Made by a program: the position numbers and the translations under genes. Below are positions 36,576 through 44,400 of a stretch of 64,000 bases of DNA, in pieces. The DNA is taken from contig JBEKVJ010000001.1 in the NCBI GenBank assembly GCA_049514105.1, positions 5,954 through 69,953 on the forward strand, given 5' to 3'. Below the pieces are notes generated by a model. The model saw only the letters and a program-made list of their open reading frames with translations, did not search any database and was not told where the DNA came from. The number at the start of each line of letters is the position of its first letter. Position 1 is the stretch's first letter. The stretch is from Acidimicrobiales bacterium. Its GTDB lineage: Bacteria; Actinomycetota; Acidimicrobiia; Acidimicrobiales; Bog-793.

Positions 36576-37546
36576 GCGCGTCGACTTCCATCTGTCTGTG
36601 CACATACAACGGTGCCGAGTATCTGTCCGAGCAGCTTGCTTCCATCTCTGCACAGACCCGGCCGCCCGATGAAGTCATCATCGGTGACGACGGGTCGAAG
36701 GACGGCACTGTCGAGGTGGTCGAGCGTTGGGCGTCGTCGGTATCTGTCGCTGTTTCAATCGAGACTCGAGCCGTTCCACTCGGCCGTGTCGCCAATCTCG
36801 AAAGCGTCCTTCGCCGCGCAAGGTCCGACATAGTGTTCATTTGCGATCAGGACGACCGATGGCGTCCCGAGAAGATGGAGCAGATGACCCGTGTTCTCGA
36901 GAGCGCCCCCGCATCGGCCGGTGCATTCTGCGATTCCGCTCTGATCGACGAAGCGGGTAATCCTCTGGCGGGATCGCTGTGGCGAACGCTGCGATTCGGA
37001 GTTGCCGAACAGGCATCCGTCGCCACTGGCGCCGGTTTCGAGGTGCTGCTGAGACGAAACGTTGTTGCTGGCCACGCGCTTGGCTTTAGGCGGGACAAAC
37101 TCGACTTGCTGCTACCCATTCCGGAAATTGCCCACGCTGATTGGTGGCTCGCGCTCGGCCTGCTCATAGACGGGGGCCTCGTGCCTTTAAGTGACGAGCT
37201 CGTGGAGTATCGGCTCCATGGCGCCAATTCCGTTGGGCTCAGGAGCCGAACCAGCCTTGCTCGCCGGATCACAGCCACTAATCCCAGAGCGCGCTCCATT
37301 ACAGACGCAGCGCTTCTCGAGGAATTCCGGCTCCGCCTCGAACGTGCCCGTCCCGGCTCGCTGAACGACCGAGACTGCGACGCCTTACAGGCCAAGATCG
37401 CTCACTCGCTGTTTAGGGCCTCGTTGTCAAGTTCTCGATTGGGTCGGATCGTGCCCGCCCTAAGAGCACTTGCCTCCGGGGACTACCGACACTGGTCGAA
37501 CGGCTGGCAGAGCGCGTTTGTCGACGTTCTAGGTCCTGCGCGATGA
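36572..37546 (+). CDS. Glycosyltransferase family 2
   Basis: There is an ATGA overlap with the upstream stop. It has MSASTSICLCTYNGAEYLSEQLASISAQTRPPDEVIIGDDGSKDGT...CDQDD. Confidence 0.85.
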   Translation: MSASTSICLCTYNGAEYLSEQLASISAQTRPPDEVIIGDDGSKDGTVEVVERWASSVSVAVSIETRAVPLGRVANLESVLRRARSDIVFICDQDDRWRPEKMEQMTRVLESAPASAGAFCDSALIDEAGNPLAGSLWRTLRFGVAEQASVATGAGFEVLLRRNVVAGHALGFRRDKLDLLLPIPEIAHADWWLALGLLIDGGLVPLSDELVEYRLHGANSVGLRSRTSLARRITATNPRARSITDAALLEEFRLRLERARPGSLNDRDCDALQAKIAHSLFRASLSSSRLGRIVPALRALASGDYRHWSNGWQSAFVDVLGPAR

Positions 37547-38439
37547 ACTCCTCGGAAGACCAGCCGTCGATGTGCGCCATTGCCGCCGTCATCGTCAACT
37601 ACAACGCGGGGGACGCTCTCAGCGAGTGTGTCGCAAGCTTGGAGCGAGAGCACGTCCGAGAGATCGTTGTCGTGGACAACGGGTCGACCGATGGTTCACT
37701 TGACTGCCTTCCTGCAAGGTTCCCAGAGGTAAGAGTGCTGCATACGGGCCGGAACCTCGGATACGGCGGCGGAGTCAACTTCGGTGCTCATGAAGTCGGG
37801 GGGGATCTGATTCTCGTTTGCAATCCCGACCTCCAGATTCAAACCGGGGCCGTGAACGCCCTGCTTAGCCGCATTGAAAGGGATCAGTCGCTGGGACTGG
37901 TCGGGCCGGCGCTGGTCGGCATCGACCGAGGCCCGCACCCGTCCGGACGAGCGTTCCCAACGGTGCGTCGCTCGAGCCTGCAAGCGGCCCTCGGCGTGTT
38001 GGCTCCCGGGAGCACGTACAGCAGGCGCTACCGAGAAGCGAACCGCGCCCGGGCCGCCACTGGCATCGTCGATTGGGTGACCGGTGCCTGTTTTCTAGTC
38101 CGACGAGAAGCCTTCGATGCCGTCGGCGGGTTTGACGACCGCTACTTCATGTACGTGGAGGAAGTGGACCTGTGCTGGCGGCTGACACAGGCCGGATGGC
38201 GCATTGGCTACGAGTCGTCGGCTCACGTGCTGCATCTTGCAGGCGTCTCGACCGCTGCCGCCCCGTTTAGGATGATCGCTGCTCACCACTGGTCGTTGTG
38301 GCGATTCGCCCGCCGAACCACGAGTGGTTCCGACCGGCTGTTGCTTCCTTTCGTGGCTGTCGGGATCGCTCTTCGCTTCTCGGTCGTGTGTCTTCGCCGA
38401 CTCGTGGCCGCGGTCGCCAAGCCCAGTCGCCGGAGGTAG
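37543..38439 (+). CDS. Glycosyltransferase family 2 (WbbL/rhamnosyltransferase-like)
   Basis: There is an ATGA overlap. It has AAVIVNYNAGDALSECVASLEREHVREIVVVDNGSTDGS...GACFLVRREAFDAVGGFDDRYFMYVEEVDLCWR. Confidence 0.85.
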   Translation: MNSSEDQPSMCAIAAVIVNYNAGDALSECVASLEREHVREIVVVDNGSTDGSLDCLPARFPEVRVLHTGRNLGYGGGVNFGAHEVGGDLILVCNPDLQIQTGAVNALLSRIERDQSLGLVGPALVGIDRGPHPSGRAFPTVRRSSLQAALGVLAPGSTYSRRYREANRARAATGIVDWVTGACFLVRREAFDAVGGFDDRYFMYVEEVDLCWRLTQAGWRIGYESSAHVLHLAGVSTAAAPFRMIAAHHWSLWRFARRTTSGSDRLLLPFVAVGIALRFSVVCLRRLVAAVAKPSRRR

Positions 38440-38458
38440 CACTTCTAGGCGAGCGGGC

Positions 38459-39826
38459 TTAGCGCGCCTTGTCCTCGAAGACGGTTCGCAGCGTTCGGCC
38501 GATGATCTGAAGGTCCAGGGCCAGGCTTTGGTGGCGGAGGTAGAAGAACTCGTACTGCAGCTTCTCGAGAGCGTCTAGGTCGCTAGCTCCGTAGTCATAG
38601 TTGATCTGCGCCCATCCCGTGATGCCAGGTCGTACGAGATGGCGGAGGTCGTAGAAGGGGATGGTCTTGGCGAGGAGCTCTACGTAGTGCGGTTGCTCCG
38701 GTCGCGGACCGACGATCGACAAGTCGTGACGAAGGACGTTCCACATTTGCGGCAACTCGTCGACATGAAGACGCCTGAGCATTCGCCCGACGTTGCCCAG
38801 CCGAGGATCGTGGGCAGCGGTCCAAGTCGACGAGGCGCTCCCAGGGGGCATGGTCCGGAACTTGTGAATCATGAAGATGACTCCGCTCTTGCCGACACGA
38901 GGTTGACTGTAGAAGAGGGGACCACGATTGCCGAACAGGTTTGCTGCTGCGACGAGCGGAACGGTCATGGCGAGAGCCACCATTCCGACCAGCGCGATCA
39001 CAAGGTCCAAGAAACGTTTGCTACGTGCGTAGGATGGCCGGTGAATCTCGTTGATGTCGAATAGAAGCGAAATGCGCTCGAGCTCCGAGATCGGTAGCTT
39101 GCCCAGCCAGACGTCATAGAACAGCGACAGGGTCCGGATTCGGATCCCCTTCGAATGGAGCTCGGCTGCCTGGGTGACTATCTCCTCGCGCTGTTGGGCT
39201 TCGCGATCGAGCACCAACAGATTGGCGTTGGAGGATTTCATGAGTTGTGCGAGAGGCCGAGCCTGCTCGGGCGTGGGCATCATTTCTTCGGATCGCGCCA
39301 TTGCCACGAGCTGGGCTGGGCGCTCAGTATGTTCTGTCGTGTCGCGGGCCAGGCGCTCAGCTTCTTCGCCGGCGATTATCGCCACAACCCGATCCTGGCT
39401 AGCTCGTCGGCGCTCGGTCGCGCTCGAAAGCTGGGAGACAAGCATGAAGACGGGTAAGAGGATGGCTGATGCGACGAAAACGACAAAGCGCGGGAGGAGT
39501 TGGGCGCCCGTGAAGAGCTGAAGTACCGAGATAATGACATCGGCGGCTACCAGAGCAGCAGTGGCCCTGGCGAAGCTCCGTGTAAGACGCCCACCGACGT
39601 CCGGTAGCCCGGCAGCGTAGCTAGTCGCTCCGATCAAGGCGATGAAAACCAGGATCCACCCGAAACGTGGTTCTTCAGTTAGAGAATAAACATGCCGAGC
39701 TACATAGTGTGAATGAACAGCTTCGGTCGCGATGACGACGGCTAGCGTCAAGACGGGAAGGAGCCACTTGACCGGACGACTCATCACAGACCATTCAACC
39801 TCAGTTGAGGTCGTCAACGGTGCCAA
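38459..39826 (-). CDS. Polyprenyl-phosphate glycosyl-1-phosphate transferase (WbaP/EPS-type initiating sugar transferase)
   Basis: 455 aa with N-terminal TM helices and a central regulatory-type domain. The C-terminal bacterial sugar-transferase core is KRFLDLVIALVG...PLFYSQPRVGKSGVIFMIHKFRTM...DELPQMWNVLRHDLSIVGPRPE. Confidence 0.9.
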   Translation of the reverse strand: MAPLTTSTEVEWSVMSRPVKWLLPVLTLAVVIATEAVHSHYVARHVYSLTEEPRFGWILVFIALIGATSYAAGLPDVGGRLTRSFARATAALVAADVIISVLQLFTGAQLLPRFVVFVASAILLPVFMLVSQLSSATERRRASQDRVVAIIAGEEAERLARDTTEHTERPAQLVAMARSEEMMPTPEQARPLAQLMKSSNANLLVLDREAQQREEIVTQAAELHSKGIRIRTLSLFYDVWLGKLPISELERISLLFDINEIHRPSYARSKRFLDLVIALVGMVALAMTVPLVAAANLFGNRGPLFYSQPRVGKSGVIFMIHKFRTMPPGSASSTWTAAHDPRLGNVGRMLRRLHVDELPQMWNVLRHDLSIVGPRPEQPHYVELLAKTIPFYDLRHLVRPGITGWAQINYDYGASDLDALEKLQYEFFYLRHQSLALDLQIIGRTLRTVFEDKAR

Positions 39827-39863
39827 TCAGCCTGCTGGTGAACCCGCGCCCGAAACGCTGCCT

Positions 39864-41696
39864 TTGCACAATGCCTCGTTTGGAGTCCGGTCCAGCACTG
39901 TTACCGGCCTTGGTGCGTTCGCCGCCATCGGCGCGGCCGTACTTTGCCTGGCGGTCTCGCCGAAGGTGAACTCGGGTACCTTCACGCCGAAATTCGCGGT
40001 ACTCCTTATCTTTGCCGCTGTCGGTGTCGTTCCTCTGGTACGTCTCGTGAAGACGGCCTCGCCCCTGCGGTGGCCGGCGACGGCCGCGGTGGCCTTTCTC
40101 GCCGTGGCGCTTGTTTCCGCGCTCGTATCACCCTCGCCCAACATCGGAATCTTTGGGCTTTACCTGTGGGGTACGGGCTGGTTGTTCTGGCTCGGGGTAG
40201 CCGGCGCGTTCGCGATTGGAGCGTCCCTTGGACAGCATGATCGGCAGTGGCTTTTTGCCGGGCTGGCCTTTGGTGCACTCGCCAGCGCAGCCGTGGCGGT
40301 CTTTCAGATCGTCGCGAACCCCCAGATTGGGGGCCTAACTCTATACGACGGCACACAGGCAGACGCAGCCCTTGGGAATCCGATTCACCTCGAGGCTCTT
40401 CTGCTTGGTGGACTGGCGCTCATACTGGGAAGGGCATGTCGCGCTCCACTGCGTTGGGCGGCAGCGGTCTTGCTCCTCTCGGTCGGGCTCGAGTTCACCT
40501 TTGAGCGTTTTGCCATCGTTGTCCTCGCCGGTCTGATTCTCTACGCCTTGTATTCCTACGGCGCCCGTCGCGGAGGCGTCTTTGCGCTCCTGGTCTGCGG
40601 AGGTTATGCGATCGCCTACCTCAGCGGAGGAGCTGGCCTCAGCTCGCGTGTGACATCGGGCACGACTGAGACGACATTTGGGGCGAGGATACGGATTTGG
40701 TGGGCGGCTGGCCACTACGTGCTGCACCACCCTCTGCTCGGAGCCGGCCCAGGTCAGACCCGAACCGCACTTGACTCGACCGCCACGCTTTCCTTCTTCC
40801 AGCATGTCCTGGTTGGTCGCGTCCTCGCGGACAGTCATGACGTTTTCGTCGAGGTTGCGGTGACGACCGGCCTGCTCGGTTTGGCTTGTTTCCTTGTCTG
40901 GTTGTTCGGCCTGGTCAGGAAGTCTGCGCGATGTGGCTTCCTTGGGTTCGCGGCTGCGCTGATCGCGGTGAACCTGGTGGAACCGCTCAACATAGCCATC
41001 CTCCCGCTCGCGTTCCTGGCCCTCGGAGCTGCCACGGCACTACGCCGAGACGTCCCACATGTACGAGCCGCTCCAGCTCCCCAACTCGAGCCCCAACCTG
41101 TGAGTTCATCCTCGGGTGCCGCGGCGACGGAGCGCTCCACGGCTCCCTACGCAGCCATCACGACCTTCGCAGTCGTGGCGATAGCGCTGTTGGTGGGAGT
41201 GACCATGGTGCTCGGGGACGCTGACATGGCTCGGGGCACGGACTATCGCCAAGGCCAGGTATTCAGTCTCTCAACCACCAAGAATGCCAGCACCCTCTTG
41301 CCCTACTGGCCCGATTCGGCGCTCGAGGTTGCCCAGGTCGAAGCTTACGAAAGCCTGACACCGGCCTCTGTCGATCTGAGGATTCTGGCAGAGTCACGGA
41401 ACTGGACCGCTGTTGCCGCAAGCCGGGACTCGCGGAACCCCCACATCTGGGTTCTGTTGGGCAGTGCCGATCTCGAGCTCAAGCAATACCAGCAGGCCCG
41501 AGTCGCTTACCTCCACGCCCTGTCGTGCGATCGGTGGTACACCCAAGCATTTGAGGGACTTGGGGCCGTGGCCGAGGCTCAACGGGACTGGACCCAGGCC
41601 GTCCATTGGTACCGGACCGCTCTGGTGACAGCTGAACTCGACCCTCTGATATCGGCTTCCATCAAAGGTTCTCTGCTTCGAGTGGAGCAACATTGA
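39864..41696 (+). CDS. Wzy_C/O-antigen-ligase-family polytopic membrane protein with C-terminal TPR-like domain
   Basis: It has multiple TM segments. The signature RIRIWWAAGHYVLHHPLLGAGPGQ...SHDVFVEVAVTTGLLGL is typical of the WaaL/Wzy/PglL family. The C-terminus has TPR-like repeats (LGSADLELKQYQQARVAYLHALS...AFEGLGAVAEAQRDWTQAVHWYRTAL). The ORF-track start (39732) overlaps the divergent transferase gene, so the start is probably at or after 39827, for example the TTG at 39864. Confidence 0.75.
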   Translation: MHNASFGVRSSTVTGLGAFAAIGAAVLCLAVSPKVNSGTFTPKFAVLLIFAAVGVVPLVRLVKTASPLRWPATAAVAFLAVALVSALVSPSPNIGIFGLYLWGTGWLFWLGVAGAFAIGASLGQHDRQWLFAGLAFGALASAAVAVFQIVANPQIGGLTLYDGTQADAALGNPIHLEALLLGGLALILGRACRAPLRWAAAVLLLSVGLEFTFERFAIVVLAGLILYALYSYGARRGGVFALLVCGGYAIAYLSGGAGLSSRVTSGTTETTFGARIRIWWAAGHYVLHHPLLGAGPGQTRTALDSTATLSFFQHVLVGRVLADSHDVFVEVAVTTGLLGLACFLVWLFGLVRKSARCGFLGFAAALIAVNLVEPLNIAILPLAFLALGAATALRRDVPHVRAAPAPQLEPQPVSSSSGAAATERSTAPYAAITTFAVVAIALLVGVTMVLGDADMARGTDYRQGQVFSLSTTKNASTLLPYWPDSALEVAQVEAYESLTPASVDLRILAESRNWTAVAASRDSRNPHIWVLLGSADLELKQYQQARVAYLHALSCDRWYTQAFEGLGAVAEAQRDWTQAVHWYRTALVTAELDPLISASIKGSLLRVEQH

Positions 41697-41881
41697 TGGT
41701 GTGAAGTAGGCCAACGATGGGCTCGCGCTGCGGAGCGCCGGAGGAGCAGCGAGAGCAGAGTTTGATGCCAGCACCTCGACTAGGCCTAAGACTCCGGAAG
41801 GCACAATCCGCTAAAGTTCCTGACGGTGCTGTCGATACTTTACTCGGTAGTACTTTCATTGACCCGAGGGAGGAAAGCTTC

Positions 41882-42466
41882 ATGAGAAATGTTGAGAGGC
41901 TGCGTGCACGGCGCCTCCAGATAGAGGAAGCAGGCGAGCAAGGCTTTACACTTATCGAACTGCTCGTCGTCTTGCTCATCATCGGCATCCTGTTAGCGAT
42001 CGCGATCCCGACGTTCTTGTCGGTGACCAAGACCGCGAACAACACCGCCGCCCAGTCGAACCTGCAGACGGCGCTCACGGGTGCCAAGACCTACTTCGAG
42101 GCGGCGAATCAGACCTACGTTGGCATCAACGGTGGCCCGCAGAACGCCGCGGTTTCGACCATAACCGCCATTGACACCGGCCTCACCTATGTCACCGGCA
42201 CGACAGCGTCGACAGCGTCGAACACTATCTCGGTCTACGCTGTGCCTTCGAGCACCGGAAGCGACATTGTGTTGGCCGCCTACTCAGCCGGCACGAAGGA
42301 GTGTTGGGCCATCGAGGACAACACAGCAGCTGGATACGATGTATTCGGCGGGACCGGCGTCGGCACAACCTACGCCGTGTGGAGGACCGGACAGTCCTCG
42401 ACGACTTGCAAGGGCAGTCAAACTGCTCCAACTCAAACCAGCACTACGGGTTTCCCAGCCGCATAA
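41882..42466 (+). CDS. pilA: Type IV pilin (prepilin with class III signal peptide)
   Basis: The ATG is preceded by GGGAGG (41866-41871). It has a 21-aa leader MRNVERLRARRLQIEEAGEQG, then FTLIELLVVLLIIGILLAIAIPTF (G-1/F+1/E+5). A C-terminal Cys pair (KECW...TTCKG) is followed by a Ser/Thr-rich tail. Confidence 0.9.
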   Translation: MRNVERLRARRLQIEEAGEQGFTLIELLVVLLIIGILLAIAIPTFLSVTKTANNTAAQSNLQTALTGAKTYFEAANQTYVGINGGPQNAAVSTITAIDTGLTYVTGTTASTASNTISVYAVPSSTGSDIVLAAYSAGTKECWAIEDNTAAGYDVFGGTGVGTTYAVWRTGQSSTTCKGSQTAPTQTSTTGFPAA

Positions 42467-42531
42467 CGAACTAGAGCATCCCTGCCTCGATTGCCTCTGG
42501 GACGGCGGGTCGAGCAGGAGATGAGGTTATG

Positions 42532-42569
42532 AGAACCCCCCGTGACCGTTGGCCACGGGGGGTTCTTTT
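42532..42569 (+). terminator. Rho-independent terminator of the pilin gene
   Basis: agaaccccccgtg (42532-42544) pairs perfectly with cacggggggttct (42554-42566). The loop is 9 nt and is followed by ttt(g). It lies 66 nt after the pilin stop. Confidence 0.8.
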
Positions 42570-43788
42570 GTCGTTGCGGCTCGCGCAGTGTCAATGCCGC
42601 ATGGCCGACTAAGCATTCTCCGCGTACCCTAACAGGACAGTGTGTCGATCGACTGGGCCGGAAGCTCTTAAATCCTTGGCGAAGCGACAGAGACCCGCAA
42701 TTGCAGCCCAATACATCACGTCAGGAGGCGCTCAGCAGCCTTCTGGGGAGCAGTGTTCGATCTCTCCGATGAGGCTGCGTCGTCACGTGCAGCGACTCGC
42801 GAGGAAAGCCAAGGGATGTGAGAGACGAGATCCTTGCTGCCATTGCACCGGAGCCTCGCGCGGAACCAACTCAGGCGAAGAGTCTCGTCACAGAGAACCG
42901 CGGAATGACAAGCTCTACGCGTTTGACTGGGAGCGCAAGCCCAGATCCTCAAGGGACGGTGTCGTTGCTGCCAAGCGACGCAGCCGGCGTGCAGCAGCGC
43001 TCATAGCTGGTAGTTCGAAACGCTGAAAGCCAGTTCACGCCCTTGGTCTGGCGCAAGAGTATTGTCTCTCGCTCGGCCCATTCGAGGCGCCCGTCGGGTA
43101 GTGATCTAGATCTCCTGTTGCCAGCGTTTGGAAGACGAGTGAGACGATCTCGAGAATCTCAATCTTCGTTCGACACGGGTCGGCTGTCGCTTTTCGAGGA
43201 GGAAGTGCTCTTTGTTTTGAATCGTCGGCGGGATAGACGTCAGGAGCTGACTCCTTGGCGAACAGAGCCGAGGTTCTCGTCGGATGGGTAACCGAGGTGC
43301 AGTTCCGAACTACACCCGCTCGTACCCGCGGTCGTCAACTCGGCACCGGAGAGGAGGAGCTCTCTTATCCGATAGAGCGGGTCTTCGTCCTGCGGCGCCC
43401 GGTCAATCGTTGTGTACACGACTCGAGCCGTCTGCAGATCACGGGCTCGTTGTCGGGACTCGATTCGTGTGGTGCTCGTGTCATCGAGGATGACGACGCG
43501 TTGCGGAGCGCATGGTCTTGCAGCGGGCGGACAAGGAAGGCGGCCTCCACCAGGTCCGCGCCGCCACCTCCCGCAAGCTAATCCACCCGGCGCTTCTCCT
43601 CAGGCCAGTTGGGACTCAGAGACTGGGAGGCGACGCTCGCATTTGAATGCGACGAGCTGGTTATCTGGTCGGCGAACAGGCTGGACCGCGGGTTGACCGA
43701 AGCTCAATGCGGGCTGCAGACACGCCGGACCACCGACGCGCAACGCCATCCAATGTTCTTACAAACGGCCGCATGCAGCATGCAGAGC

Positions 43789-44400
43789 TCAGGTTGTCCC
43801 CGTTGGTGCTACATAGGTCGTGTAGGCCGTTGCAGTCAGGGCCATGCTGTATGGCTGTCCGTCACCAGCGGCCAGGATGTTGGCGGCGGTGCTCGTTGGC
43901 GCGAGGCTCACAGAGTCGATTGTCATGAGCCGCTTCATTTTGTAAAAGCGGTTCAGGAAGCTAAACACATCACTGTGGGTCCCGGAGAGGGCGAAAGTGA
44001 CGCTGATGTTCGACAAGCCGGGCGTACCGCTGGGCGTGGGGCTGTCTGCTGGTGTGACCGACGAGAGATTGCAACCGGTCTGATTTGCAAGGGTGTTGAG
44101 CGAGTCGACGATCCCAGGGGGATCCTCTGTCGGAGGTATCGCAGTCGTCACCTTCTTTAGGAAGGGGAGCTCTTTCAGGACGAGCTTCCTCTCCGCCTTC
44201 AAGGACGTCAGCTCCGCGTTCAACTGGCTCACGGTCGTCTGATCAGCTGCGATTTGCGAGTTGACCGTGGCGAGTTTGTTGCTCTCGGGTGTCATCCAGG
44301 CGAACCACCAGATGATGAGAAGAAGGATCACACTTCCGGTGATTATCAGCACGACCTTGGATTTCAGAAGATCGAGATTTATAGCTCTAAGTCCGCTCAT
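43789..44400 (-). CDS. pilO: PilO-like type IV pilus assembly protein
   Basis: 203 aa with an N-terminal TM (VVLIITGSVILLLIIWWFAW), a coiled-coil (NSQIAADQTTVSQLNAELTSLKAERK) and an alpha/beta C-terminal domain. It lies immediately after the PilM-N gene with a 1-nt overlap. Confidence 0.7.
   Translation of the reverse strand: MSGLRAINLDLLKSKVVLIITGSVILLLIIWWFAWMTPESNKLATVNSQIAADQTTVSQLNAELTSLKAERKLVLKELPFLKKVTTAIPPTEDPPGIVDSLNTLANQTGCNLSSVTPADSPTPSGTPGLSNISVTFALSGTHSDVFSFLNRFYKMKRLMTIDSVSLAPTSTAANILAAGDGQPYSMALTATAYTTYVAPTGTT

Noticed and set aside
39732-39863. N-terminal extension of the Wzy_C+TPR ORF as given in the ORF track
   Set aside because: It would overlap the divergently transcribed initiating-transferase gene by 95 nt, and the extension is hydrophilic with no homology-like features. 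The start was moved downstream.
41697-41881. Possible c-di-GMP-I (GEMM) riboswitch in the pilA leader (ggcctaagactccggaaggc resembles part of the Vc2 aptamer)
   Set aside because: The hallmark conserved segments (GGCAAACC and ACGCAAAGCC-type) are absent, so the resemblance is limited to a short stretch.
43243-43581. Plus ORF 43255..43581 (108 aa) and the start-less antisense open frame reading RVVILDD...
   Set aside because: The two are mutually antisense, neither has a recognisable family motif or clear codon bias, and the minus frame lacks a start. They are not callable as CDS or as a confident pseudogene without a database search.
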